From: the human T2T-CHM13v2.0 reference genome, Homo sapiens
Strand: one strand, 5' to 3'
Assembly (NCBI RefSeq): GCF_009914755.1
Contig: NC_060931.1
Length of the DNA stretch: 64,000 nt
Shown: positions 12,901 to 27,100 of the stretch, in pieces
Layout of the letters: each line of letters opens with the position of its first letter
How positions within the stretch are numbered: the first letter of the stretch is position 1
The notes under the pieces: generated by a model
The model's database searches: none
The model's input: only the letters and a program-made list of their open reading frames with translations
What the model was told of the DNA's origin: nothing
Position numbers and translations under genes: made by a program

Positions 12901-15900
12901 ACTCACAGAGTGGAACGTCCCTTTGCACAGAGCAGATTTGAAACACTCTTTTTGTGGAGTTTGCAAGTGGAGATTTCAAGCGATTTGATGCCAACAGTAG
13001 AAAAGGAAATATCTTCAAATAAAAACTAGACAGAATCATTCTCAGAAACTACTTTGTGATGTGTGCCTTCAACTCACAGAGTTTAACCTTTCTTTTCTTA
13101 GAGCAGTTTAGAAACACTCTGCTTGTTATGTCTGCAAGTGGATATTTGGACCTCTTTGAGGCCTTCGTTGCAAACGGGGTTTCTTCCTTTCATGCTAGAC
13201 TAAGAAGAGTTCTCAGTAACTTTTTTGTGTTGTGTGTATTCAACTCACAGAGTTGAACCTTGCTTTAGAGAGAGCAGATTTGAAACACTCTTGCTGTGGC
13301 ATTTTCAGGTGGAGATTTCAAGCGATTTGAGGACAATTGCAGAAAAGGAAATATCTTCGTATAATAACCAGACAGAATCATTCTCAGAAAGTGCTTTGTG
13401 ATGTGTGCGTTCAACTCACAGAGTTTAACCTTTCTTTTCATAGAGGAGTTTGGAAACACACTGTTTGTAAAGTCTGCAAGTGGATATATGGACCTGTTTG
13501 AGGCCTTCGTTGGAAACGGGATTTCTTCATTGAATGCTAGACGGAAGAATTCTCAGTAAATTCTTTGTGTTGTGTGCATTCAACTCACAGAGTGGAACGT
13601 CCCTTTAGACAGAGCAGATTTGAAACACTCTTTTTGCGGAATTTGCAAGTGGAGATTTCTAGCCATTTGATGCCAACAGTAGAAAGGGAAATATCTTCAA
13701 ATAAAAACCAGACAGAATCATTCTCAGAAAATTCTTTGTGATGTGTGCGTTCAACTCACATAGTTTAACCTTTCTTTTCATAGAGCAGTTTGGAAACACT
13801 CTGTTTGTAAAGTCTGCAAGTGGATATATGGACCGCATTGAGGCCTTCGTTGGAAACGGGATTTCTTCATTTCATGCTAGACAGAAGAATTCTCAGTAAC
13901 TTCTTTGTGCTGTGTGTATTCAACTCACAGAGTGGAACGTCCCTTTGCACAGAGCAGATTTGAAACACTCTTTTTGTGGAGTTTGCAAGTGGAGATTTCA
14001 AGCGATTTGATGCCAACAGTAGAAAAGGAAATATCTTCAAATAAAAACTAGACAGAATCATTCTCAGAAACTACTTTGTGATGTGTGCCTTCAACTCACA
14101 GAGTTCAACCTTTCTTTTCTTAGAGCAGTTTAGAAACACTCTGCTTGTTATGTCTGCAAGTGGATATTTGGACCTCTTTGAGGCCTTCGTTGCAAACGGG
14201 GTTTCTTCCTTTCATGCTAGACTAAGAAGAGTTCTCAGTAACTTTTTTGTGTTGTGTGTATTCAACTCACAGAGTTGAACCTTGCTTTAGAGAGAGCAGA
14301 TTTGAAACACTCTTGCTGTGGCATTTTCAGGTGGAGATTTCAAGCGATTTGAGGACAATTGCAGAAAAGGAAATATCTTCGTATAATAACCAGACAGAAT
14401 CATTCTCAGAAAGTGCTTTGTGATGTGTGCGTTCAACTCACAGAGTTTAACCTTTCTTTTCATAGAGGAGTTTGGAAACACACTGTTTGTAAAGTCTGCA
14501 AGTGGATACATGGACCTGTTTGAGGCCTTCGTTGGAAACGGGATTTCTTCATTGAATGCTAGACGGAAGAATTCTCAGTAAATTCTTTGTGTTGTGTGCA
14601 TTGAACTCACAGAGTGGAACGTCCCTTTAGACAGAGCAGATTTGAAACACTCTTTTTGCGGAATTTGCAAGTGGAGATTTCTAGCCATTTGATGCCAACA
14701 GTAGAAAGGGAAATATCTTCAAATAAAAACCAGACAGAATCATTCTCAGAAAATTCTTTGTGATGTGTGCGTTCAACTCACATAGTTTAACCTTTCTTTT
14801 CATAGAGCAGTTTGGAAACACTCTGTTTGTAAAGTCTGCAAGTGGATATATGGACCGCATTGAGGCCTTCGTTGGAAACGGGATTTCTTCATTTCATGCT
14901 AGACAGAAGAATTCTCAGTAACTTCTTTGTGCTGTGTGTATTCAACTCACAGAGTGGAACGTCCCTTTGCACAGAGGAGATTTGAAACACTCTTTTTGTG
15001 GAGTTTGCAAGTGGAGATTTCAAGCGATTTGATGCCAACAGTAGAAAAGGAAATATCTTCAAATAAAAACTAGACAGAATCATTCTCAGAAACTACTTTG
15101 TGATGTGTGCCTTCAACTCACAGAGTTTAACCTTTCTTTTCTTAGAGCAGTTTAGAAACACTCTGCTTGTTAGGTCTGCAAGTGGATATTTGGACCTCTT
15201 TGAGGCCTTCGTTGCAAACGGGGTTTCTTCCTTTCATGCTAGACTAAGAAGAGTTCTCAGTAACTTTTTTGTGTTGTGTGTATTCAACTCACAGAGTTGA
15301 ACCTTGCTTTAGAGAGAGCAGATTTGAAACACTCTTGCTGTGGCATTTTCAGGTGGAGATTTCAAGCGATTTGAGGACAATTGCAGAAAAGGAAATATCT
15401 TCGTATAATAACCAGACAGAATCATTCTCAGAAAGTGCTTTGTGATGTGTGCGTTCAACTCACAGAGTTTAACCTTTCTTTTCATAGAGGAGTTTGGAAA
15501 CACACTGTTTGTAAAGTCTGCAAGTGGATACATGGACCTGTTTGAGGCCTTCGTTGGAAACGGGATTTCTTCATTGAATGCTAGACGGAAGAATTCTCAG
15601 TAAATTCTTTGTGTTGTGTGCATTCAACTCACAGAGTGGAACGTCCCTTTAGACAGAGCAGATTTGAAACACTCTTTTTGCGGAATTTGCAAGTGGAGAT
15701 TTCTAGCCATTTGATGCCAACAGTAGAAAGGGAAATATCTTCAAATAAAAACCAGACAGAATCATTCTCAGAAAATTCTTTGTGATGTGTGCGTTCAACT
15801 CACATAGTTTAACCTTTCTTTTCATAGAGCAGTTTGGAAACACTCTGTTTGTAAAGTCTGCAAGTGGATATATGGACCGCATTGAGGCCTTCGTTGGAAA

Positions 15901-18180
15901 CGGGATTTCTTCATTTCATGCTAGACAGAAGAATTCTCAGTAACTTCTTTGTGCTGTGTGTATTCAACTCACAGAGTGGAACGTCCCTTTGCACAGAGCA
16001 GATTTGAAACACTCTTTTTGTGGAGTTTGCAAGTGGAGATTTCAAGCGATTTGATGCCAACAGTAGAAAAGGAAATATCTTCAAATAAAAACTAGACAGA
16101 ATCATTCTCAGAAACTACTTTGTGATGTGTGCCTTCAACTCACAGAGTTCAACCTTTCTTTTCTTAGAGCAGTTTAGAAACACTCTGCTTGTTATGTCTG
16201 CAAGTGGATATTTGGACCTCTTTGAGGCCTTCGTTGCAAACGGGGTTTCTTCCTTTCATGCTAGACTAAGAAGAGTTCTCAGTAACTTTTTTGTGTTGTG
16301 TGTATTCAACTCACAGAGTTGAACCTTGCTTTAGAGAGAGCAGATTTGAAACACTCTTGCTGTGGCATTTTCAGGTGGAGATTTCAAGCGATTTGAGGAC
16401 AATTGCAGAAAAGGAAATATCTTCGTATAATAACCAGACAGAATCATTCTCAGAAAGTGCTTTGTGATGTGTGCGTTCAACTCACAGAGTTTAACCTTTC
16501 TTTTCATAGAGGAGTTTGGAAACACACTGTTTGTAAAGTCTGCAAGTGGATACATGGACCTGTTTGAGGCCTTCGTTGGAAACGGGATTTCTTCATTGAA
16601 TGCTAGACGGAAGAATTCTCAGTAAATTCTTTGTGTTGTGTGCATTCAACTCACAGAGTGGAACGTCCCTTTAGACAGAGCAGATTTGAAACACTCTTTT
16701 TGCGGAATTTGCAAGTGGAGATTTCTAGCCATTTGATGCCAACAGTAGAAAGGGAAATATCTTCAAATAAAAACCAGACAGAATCATTCTCAGAAAATTC
16801 TTTGTGATGTGTGCGTTCAACTCACATAGTTTAACCTTTCTTTTCATAGAGCAGTTTGGAAACACTCTGTTTGTAAAGTCTGCAAGTGGATATATGGACC
16901 GCATTGAGGCCTTCGTTGGAAACGGGATTTCTTCATTTCATGCTAGACAGAAGAATTCTCAGTAACTTCTTTGTGCTGTGTGTATTCAACTCACAGAGTG
17001 GAACGTCCCTTTGCACAGAGGAGATTTGAAACACTCTTTTTGTGGAGTTTGCAAGTGGAGATTTCAAGCGATTTGATGCCAACAGTAGAAAAGGAAATAT
17101 CTTCAAATAAAAACTAGACAGAATCATTCTCAGAAACTACTTTGTGATGTGTGCCTTCAACTCACAGAGTTTAACCTTTCTTTTCTTAGAGCAGTTTAGA
17201 AACACTCTGCTTGTTAGGTCTGCAAGTGGATATTTGGACCTCTTTGAGGCCTTCGTTGCAAACGGGGTTTCTTCCTTTCATGCTAGACTAAGAAGAGTTC
17301 TCAGTAACTTTTTTGTGTTGTGTGTATTCAACTCACAGAGTTGAACCTTGCTTTAGAGAGAGCAGATTTGAAACACTCTTGCTGTGGCATTTTCAGGTGG
17401 AGATTTCAAGCGATTTGAGGACAATTGCAGAAAAGGAAATATCTTCGTATAATAACCAGACAGAATCATTCTCAGAAAGTGCTTTGTGATGTGTGCGTTC
17501 AACTCACAGAGTTTAACCTTTCTTTTCATAGAGGAGTTTGGAAACACACTGTTTGTAAAGTCTGCAAGTGGATACATGGACCTGTTTGAGGCCTTCGTTG
17601 GAAACGGGATTTCTTCATTGAATGCTAGACGGAAGAATTCTCAGTAAATTCTTTGTGTTGTGTGCATTCAACTCACAGAGTGGAACGTCCCTTTAGACAG
17701 AGCAGATTTGAAACACTCTTTTTGCGGAATTTGCAAGTGGAGATTTCTAGCCATTTGATGCCAACAGTAGAAAGGGAAATATCTTCAAATAAAAACCAGA
17801 CAGAATCATTCTCAGAAAATTCTTTGTGATGTGTGCGTTCAACTCACATAGTTTAACCTTTCTTTTCATAGAGCAGTTTGGAAACACTCTGTTTGTAAAG
17901 TCTGCAAGTGGATATATGGACCGCATTGAGGCCTTCGTTGGAAACGGGATTTCTTCATTTCATGCTAGACAGAAGAATTCTCAGTAACTTCTTTGTGCTG
18001 TGTGTATTCAACTCACAGAGTGGAACGTCCCTTTGCACAGAGCAGATTTGAAACACTCTTTTTGTGGAGTTTGCAAGTGGAGATTTCAAGCGATTTGATG
18101 CCAACAGTAGAAAAGGAAATATCTTCAAATAAAAACTAGACAGAATCATTCTCAGAAACTACTTTGTGATGTGTGCCTTC

Positions 18181-18190
18181 AACTCAGAGT
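18181..18190 (+). other. 2-bp deletion in m5 giving a 1020-bp HOR (also near 20227, 24313 and 31465)
   Basis: AACTCAGAGT instead of AACTCACAGAGT. The period shifts by 2 bp at each of the four sites and the ORF start changes to MPSTQ. Confidence 0.95.
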
Positions 18191-21100
18191 TCAACCTTTC
18201 TTTTCTTAGAGCAGTTTAGAAACACTCTGCTTGTTATGTCTGCAAGTGGATATTTGGACCTCTTTGAGGCCTTCGTTGCAAACGGGGTTTCTTCCTTTCA
18301 TGCTAGACTAAGAAGAGTTCTCAGTAACTTTTTTGTGTTGTGTGTATTCAACTCACAGAGTTGAACCTTGCTTTAGAGAGAGCAGATTTGAAACACTCTT
18401 GCTGTGGCATTTTCAGGTGGAGATTTCAAGCGATTTGAGGACAATTGCAGAAAAGGAAATATCTTCGTATAATAACCAGACAGAATCATTCTCAGAAAGT
18501 GCTTTGTGATGTGTGCGTTCAACTCACAGATTTTAACCTTTCTTTTCATAGAGGAGTTTGGAAACACACTGTTTGTAAAGTCTGCAAGTGGATACATGGA
18601 CCTGTTTGAGGCCTTCGTTGGAAACGGGATTTCTTCATTGAATGCTAGATGGAAGAATTCTCAGTAAATTCTTTGTGTTGTGTGCATTCAACTCACAGAG
18701 TGGAACGTCCCTTTAGACAGAGCAGATTTGAAACACTCTTTTTGCGGAATTTGCAAGTGGAGATTTCTAGCCATTTGATGCCAACAGTAGAAAGGGAAAT
18801 ATCTTCAAATAAAAACCAGACAGAATCATTCTCAGAAAATTCTTTGTGATGTGTGCGTTCAACTCACATAGTTTAACCTTTCTTTTCATAGAGCAGTTTG
18901 GAAACACTCTGTTTGTAAAGTCTGCAAGTGGATATATGGACCGCATTGAGGCCTTCGTTGGAAACGGGATTTCTTCATTTCATGCTAGACAGAAGAATTC
19001 TCAGTAACTTCTTTGTGCTGTGTGTATTCAACTCACAGAGTGGAACGTCCCTTTGCACAGAGCAGATTTGAAACACTCTTTTTGTGGAGTTTGCAAGTGG
19101 AGATTTCAAGCGATTTGATGCCAACAGTAGAAAAGGAAATATCTTCAAATAAAAACTAGACAGAATCATTCTCAGAAACTACTTTGTGATGTGTGCCTTC
19201 AACTCACAGAGTTTAACCTTTCTTTTCTTAGAGCAGTTTAGAAACACTCTGCTTGTTATGTCTGCAAGTGGATATTTGGACCTCTTTGAGGCCTTCGTTG
19301 CAAACGGGGTTTCTTCCTTTCATGCTAGACTAAGAAGAGTTCTCAGTAACTTTTTTGTGTTGTGTGTATTCAACTCACAGAGTTGAACCTTGCTTTAGAG
19401 AGAGCAGATTTGAAACACTCTTGCTGTGGCATTTTCAGGTGGAGATTTCAAGCGATTTGAGGACAATTGCAGAAAAGGAAATATCTTCGTATAATAACCA
19501 GACAGAATCATTCTCAGAAAGTGCTTTGTGATGTGTGCGTTCAACTCACAGAGTTTAACCTTTCTTTTCATAGAGGAGTTTGGAAACACACTGTTTGTAA
19601 AGTCTGCAAGTGGATACATGGACCTGTTTGAGGCCTTCGTTGGAAACGGGATTTCTTCATTGAATGCTAGACGGAAGAATTCTCAGTAAATTCTTTGTGT
19701 TGTGTGCATTCAACTCACAGAGTGGAACGTCCCTTTAGACAGAGCAGATTTGAAACACTCTTTTTGCGGAATTTGCAAGTGGAGATTTCTAGCCATTTGA
19801 TGCCAACAGTAGAAAGGGAAATATCTTCAAATAAAAACCAGACAGAATCATTCTCAGAAAATTCTTTGTGATGTGTGCGTTCAACTCACATAGTTTAACC
19901 TTTCTTTTCATAGAGCAGTTTGGAAACACTCTGTTTGTAAAGTCTGCAAGTGGATATATGGACCGCATTGAGGCCTTCGTTGGAAACGGGATTTCTTCAT
20001 TTCATGCTAGACAGAAGAATTCTCAGTAACTTCTTTGTGCTGTGTGTATTCAACTCACAGAGTGGAACGTCCCTTTGCACAGAGCAGATTTGAAACACTC
20101 TTTTTGTGGAGTTTGCAAGTGGAGATTTCAAGCGATTTGATGCCAACAGTAGAAAAGGAAATATCTTCAAATAAAAACTAGACAGAATCATTCTCAGAAA
20201 CTACTTTGTGATGTGTGCCTTCAACTCAGAGTTCAACCTTTCTTTTCTTAGAGCAGTTTAGAAACACTCTGCTTGTTATGTCTGCAAGTGGATATTTGGA
20301 CCTCTTTGAGGCCTTCGTTGCAAACGGGGTTTCTTCCTTTCATGCTAGACTAAGAAGAGTTCTCAGTAACTTTTTTGTGTTGTGTGTATTCAACTCACAG
20401 AGTTGAACCTTGCTTTAGAGAGAGCAGATTTGAAACACTCTTGCTGTGGCATTTTCAGGTGGAGATTTCAAGCGATTTGAGGACAATTGCAGAAAAGGAA
20501 ATATCTTCGTATAATAACCAGACAGAATCATTCTCAGAAAGTGCTTTGTGATGTGTGCGTTCAACTCACAGATTTTAACCTTTCTTTTCATAGAGGAGTT
20601 TGGAAACACACTGTTTGTAAAGTCTGCAAGTGGATACATGGACCTGTTTGAGGCCTTCGTTGGAAACGGGATTTCTTCATTGAATGCTAGATGGAAGAAT
20701 TCTCAGTAAATTCTTTGTGTTGTGTGCATTCAACTCACAGAGTGGAACGTCCCTTTAGACAGAGCAGATTTGAAACACTCTTTTTGCGGAATTTGCAAGT
20801 GGAGATTTCTAGCCATTTGATGCCAACAGTAGAAAGGGAAATATCTTCAAATAAAAACCAGACAGAATCATTCTCAGAAAATTCTTTGTGATGTGTGCGT
20901 TCAACTCACATAGTTTAACCTTTCTTTTCATAGAGCAGTTTGGAAACACTCTGTTTGTAAAGTCTGCAAGTGGATATATGGACCGCATTGAGGCCTTCGT
21001 TGGAAACGGGATTTCTTCATTTCATGCTAGACAGAAGAATTCTCAGTAACTTCTTTGTGCTGTGTGTATTCAACTCACAGAGTGGAACGTCCCTTTGCAC

Positions 21101-24100
21101 AGAGCAGATTTGAAACACTCTTTTTGTGGAGTTTGCAAGTGGAGATTTCAAGCGATTTGATGCCAACAGTAGAAAAGGAAATATCTTCAAATAAAAACTA
21201 GACAGAATCATTCTCAGAAACTACTTTGTGATGTGTGCCTTCAACTCACAGAGTTCAACCTTTCTTTTCTTAGAGCAGTTTAGAAACACTCTGCTTGTTA
21301 TGTCTGCAAGTGGATATTTGGACCTCTTTGAGGCCTTCGTTGCAAACGGGGTTTCTTCCTTTCATGCTAGACTAAGAAGAGTTCTCAGTAACTTTTTTGT
21401 GTTGTGTGTATTCAACTCACAGAGTTGAACCTTGCTTTAGAGAGAGCAGATTTGAAACACTCTTGCTGTGGCATTTTCAGGTGGAGATTTCAAGCGATTT
21501 GAGGACAATTGCAGAAAAGGAAATATCTTCGTATAATAACCAGACAGAATCATTCTCAGAAAGTGCTTTGTGATGTGTGCGTTCAACTCACAGAGTTTAA
21601 CCTTTCTTTTCATAGAGGAGTTTGGAAACACACTGTTTGTAAAGTCTGCAAGTGGATATATGGACCTGTTTGAGGCCTTCGTTGGAAACGGGATTTCTTC
21701 ATTGAATGCTAGACGGAAGAATTCTCAGTAAATTCTTTGTGTTGTGTGCATTCAACTCACAGAGTGGAACGTCCCTTTAGACAGAGCAGATTTGAAACAC
21801 TCTTTTTGCGGAATTTGCAAGTGGAGATTTCTAGCCATTTGATGCCAACAGTAGAAAGGGAAATATCTTCAAATAAAAACCAGACAGAATCATTCTCAGA
21901 AAATTCTTTGTGATGTGTGCGTTCAACTCACATAGTTTAACCTTTCTTTTCATAGAGCAGTTTGGAAACACTCTGTTTGTAAAGTCTGCAAGTGGATATA
22001 TGGACCGCATTGAGGCCTTCGTTGGAAACGGGATTTCTTCATTTCATGCTAGACAGAAGAATTCTCAGTAACTTCTTTGTGCTGTGTGTATTCAACTCAC
22101 AGAGTGGAACGTCCCTTTACACAGAGCAGATTTGAAACACTCTTTTTGTGGAGTTTGCAAGTGGAGATTTCAAGCGATTTGATGCCAACAGTAGAAAAGG
22201 AAATATCTTCAAATAAAAACTAGACAGAATCATTCTCAGAAACTACTTTGTGATGTGTGCCTTCAACTCACAGAGTTTAACCTTTCTTTTCTTAGAGCAG
22301 TTTAGAAACACTCTGCTTGTTACGTCTGCAAGTGGATATTTGGACCTCTTTGAGGCCTTCGTTGCAAACGGGGTTTCTTCCTTTCATGCTAGACTAAGAA
22401 GAGTTCTCAGTAACTTTTTTGTGTTGTGTGTATTCAACTCACAGAGTTGAACCTTGCTTTAGAGAGAGCAGATTTGAAACACTCTTGCTGTGGCATTTTC
22501 AGGTGGAGATTTCAAGCGATTTGAGGACAATTGCAGAAAAGGAAATATCTTCGTATAATAACCAGACAGAATCATTCTCAGAAAGTGCTTTGTGATGTGT
22601 GCGTTCAACTCACAGAGTTTAACCTTTCTTTTCATAGAGGAGTTTGGAAACACACTGTTTGTAAAGTCTGCAAGTGGATATATGGACCTGTTTGAGGCCT
22701 TCGTTGGAAACGGGATTTCTTCATTGAATGCTAGACGGAAGAATTCTCAGTAAATTCTTTGTGTTGTGTGCATTCAACTCACAGAGTGGAACGTCCCTTT
22801 AGACAGAGCAGATTTGAAACACTCTTTTTGCGGAATTTGCAAGTGGAGATTTCTAGCCATTTGATGCCAACAGTAGAAAGGGAAATATCTTCAAATAAAA
22901 ACCAGACAGAATCATTCTCAGAAAATTCTTTGTGATGTGTGCGTTCAACTCACATAGTTTAACCTTTCTTTTCATAGAGCAGTTTGGAAACACTCTGTTT
23001 GTAAAGTCTGCAAGTGGATATATGGACCGCATTGAGGCCTTCGTTGGAAACGGGATTTCTTCATTTCATGCTAGACAGAAGAATTCTCAGTAACTTCTTT
23101 GTGCTGTGTGTATTCAACTCACAGAGTGGAACGTCCCTTTGCACAGAGCAGATTTGAAACACTCTTTTTGTGGAGTTTGCAAGTGGAGATTTCAAGCGAT
23201 TTGATGCCAACAGTAGAAAAGGAAATATCTTCAAATAAAAACTAGACAGAATCATTCTCAGAAACTACTTTGTGATGTGTGCCTTCAACTCACAGAGTTC
23301 AACCTTTCTTTTCTTAGAGCAGTTTAGAAACACTCTGCTTGTTATGTCTGCAAGTGGATATTTGGACCTCTTTGAGGCCTTCGTTGCAAACGGGGTTTCT
23401 TCCTTTCATGCTAGACTAAGAAGAGTTCTCAGTAACTTTTTTGTGTTGTGTGTATTCAACTCACAGAGTTGAACCTTGCTTTAGAGAGAGCAGATTTGAA
23501 ACACTCTTGCTGTGGCATTTTCAGGTGGAGATTTCAAGCGATTTGAGGACAATTGCAGAAAAGGAAATATCTTCGTATAATAACCAGACAGAATCATTCT
23601 CAGAAAGTGCTTTGTGATGTGTGCGTTCAACTCACAGAGTTTAACCTTTCTTTTCATAGAGGAGTTTGGAAACACACTGTTTGTAAAGTCTGCAAGTGGA
23701 TATATGGACCTGTTTGAGGCCTTCGTTGGAAACGGGATTTCTTCATTGAATGCTAGACGGAAGAATTCTCAGTAAATTCTTTGTGTTGTGTGCATTCAAC
23801 TCACAGAGTGGAACGTCCCTTTAGACAGAGCAGATTTGAAACACTCTTTTTGCGGAATTTGCAAGTGGAGATTTCTAGCCATTTGATGCCAACAGTAGAA
23901 AGGGAAATATCTTCAAATAAAAACCAGACAGAATCATTCTCAGAAAATTCTTTGTGATGTGTGCGTTCAACTCACATAGTTTAACCTTTCTTTTCATAGA
24001 GCAGTTTGGAAACACTCTGTTTGTAAAGTCTGCAAGTGGATATATGGACCGCATTGAGGCCTTCGTTGGAAACGGGATTTCTTCATTTCATGCTAGACAG

Positions 24101-27100
24101 AAGAATTCTCAGTAACTTCTTTGTGCTGTGTGTATTCAACTCACAGAGTGGAACGTCCCTTTGCACAGAGCAGATTTGAAACACTCTTTTTGTGGAGTTT
24201 GCAAGTGGAGATTTCAAGCGATTTGATGCCAACAGTAGAAAAGGAAATATCTTCAAATAAAAACTAGACAGAATCATTCTCAGAAACTACTTTGTGATGT
24301 GTGCCTTCAACTCAGAGTTCAACCTTTCTTTTCTTAGAGCAGTTTAGAAACACTCTGCTTGTTATGTCTGCAAGTGGATATTTGGACCTCTTTGAGGCCT
24401 TCGTTGCAAACGGGGTTTCTTCCTTTCATGCTAGACTAAGAAGAGTTCTCAGTAACTTTTTTGTGTTGTGTGTATTCAACTCACAGAGTTGAACCTTGCT
24501 TTAGAGAGAGCAGATTTGAAACACTCTTGCTGTGGCATTTTCAGGTGGAGATTTCAAGCGATTTGAGGACAATTGCAGAAAAGGAAATATCTTCGTATAA
24601 TAACCAGACAGAATCATTCTCAGAAAGTGCTTTGTGATGTGTGCGTTCAACTCACAGAGTTTAACCTTTCTTTTCATAGAGGAGTTTGGAAACACACTGT
24701 TTGTAAAGTCTGCAAGTGGATACATGGACCTGTTTGAGGCCTTCGTTGGAAACGGGATTTCTTCATTGAATGCTAGACGGAAGAATTCTCAGTAAATTCT
24801 TTGTGTTGTGTGCATTCAACTCACAGAGTGGAACGTCCCTTTAGACAGAGCAGATTTGAAACACTCTTTTTGCGGAATTTGCAAGTGGAGATTTCTAGCC
24901 ATTTGATGCCAACAGTAGAAAGGGAAATATCTTCAAATAAAAACCAGACAGAATCATTCTCAGAAAATTCTTTGTGATGTGTGCGTTCAACTCACATAGT
25001 TTAACCTTTCTTTTCATAGAGCAGTTTGGAAACACTCTGTTTGTAAAGTCTGCAAGTGGATATATGGACCGCATTGAGGCCTTCGTTGGAAACGGGATTT
25101 CTTCATTTCATGCTAGACAGAAGAATTCTCAGTAACTTCTTTGTGCTGTGTGTATTCAACTCACAGAGTGGAACGTCCCTTTGCACAGAGCAGATTTGAA
25201 ACACTCTTTTTGTGGAGTTTGCAAGTGGAGATTTCAAGCGATTTGATGCCAACAGTAGAAAAGGAAATATCTTCAAATAAAAACTAGACAGAATCATTCT
25301 CAGAAACTACTTTGTGATGTGTGCCTTCAACTCACAGAGTTCAACCTTTCTTTTCTTAGAGCAGTTTAGAAACACTCTGCTTGTTATGTCTGCAAGTGGA
25401 TATTTGGACCTCTTTGAGGCCTTCGTTGCAAACGGGGTTTCTTCCTTTCATGCTAGACTAAGAAGAGTTCTCAGTAACTTTTTTGTGTTGTGTGTATTCA
25501 ACTCACAGAGTTGAACCTTGCTTTAGAGAGAGCAGATTTGAAACACTCTTGCTGTGGCATTTTCAGGTGGAGATTTCAAGCGATTTGAGGACAATTGCAG
25601 AAAAGGAAATATCTTCGTATAATAACCAGACAGAATCATTCTCAGAAAGTGCTTTGTGATGTGTGCGTTCAACTCACAGAGTTTAACCTTTCTTTTCATA
25701 GAGGAGTTTGGAAACACACTGTTTGTAAAGTCTGCAAGTGGATATATGGACCTGTTTGAGGCCTTCGTTGGAAACGGGATTTCTTCATTGAATGCTAGAC
25801 GGAAGAATTCTCAGTAAATTCTTTGTGTTGTGTGCATTCAACTCACAGAGTGGAACGTCCCTTTAGACAGAGCAGATTTGAAACACTCTTTTTGCGGAAT
25901 TTGCAAGTGGAGATTTCTAGCCATTTGATGCCAACAGTAGAAAGGGAAATATCTTCAAATAAAAAACAGACAGAATCATTCTCAGAAAATTCTTTGTGAT
26001 GTGTGCGTTCAACTCACATAGTTTAACCTTTCTTTTCATAGAGCAGTTTGGAAACACTCTGTTTGTAAAGTCTGCAAGTGGATATATGGACTGCATTGAG
26101 GCCTTCGTTGGAAACGGGATTTCTTCATTTCATGCTAGACAGAAGAATTCTCAGTAACTTCTTTGTGCTGTGTGTATTCAACTCACAGAGTGGAACGTCC
26201 CTTTGCACAGAGCAGATTTGAAACACTCTTTTTGTGGAGTTTGCCAGTGGAGATTTCAAGCGATTTGATGCCAACAGTAGAAAAGGAAATATCTTCAAAT
26301 AAAAACTAGACAGAATCATTCTCAGAAACTACTTTGTGATGTGTGCCTTCAACTCACAGAGTTCAACCTTTCTTTTCTTAGAGCAGTTTAGAAACACTCT
26401 GCTTGTTATGTCTGCAAGTGGATATTTGGACCTCTTTGAGGCCTTCGTTGCAAACGGGGTTTCTTCCTTTCATGCTAGACTAAGAAGAGTTCTCAGTAAC
26501 TTTTTTGTGTTGTGTGTATTCAACTCACAGAGTTGAACCTTGCTTTAGAGAGAGCAGATTTGAAACACTCTTGTTGTGGCATTTTCAGGTGGAGATTTCA
26601 AGCGATTTGAGGACAATTGCAGAAAAGGAAATATCTTCGTATAATAACCAGACAGAATCATTCTCAGAAAGTGCTTTGTGATGTGTGCGTTCAACTCACA
26701 GAGTTTAACCTTTCTTTTCATAGAGGAGTTTGGAAACACACTGTTTGTAAAGTCTGCAAGTGGATACATGGACCTGTTTGAGGCCTTCGTTGGAAACGGG
26801 ATTTCTTCATTGAATGCTAGACGGAAGAATTCTCAGTAAATTCTTTGTGTTGTGTGCATTCAACTCACAGAGTGGAACGTCCCTTTAGACAGAGCAGATT
26901 TGAAACACTCTTTTTGCGGAATTTGCAAGTGGAGATTTCTAGCCATTTGATGCCAACAGTAGAAAGGGAAATATCTTCAAATAAAAACCAGACAGAATCA
27001 TTCTCAGAAAATTCTTTGTGATGTGTGCGTTCAACTCACATAGTTTAACCTTTCTTTTCATAGAGCAGTTTGGAAACACTCTGTTTGTAAAGTCTGCAAG

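Noticed and set aside
18649-20891. New 66-aa ORF MEEFSV... present twice
   Set aside because: It is created by a CpG>TpG change (ACG>ATG at 18650 and 20692) in a duplicated HOR, with no evidence of coding function.
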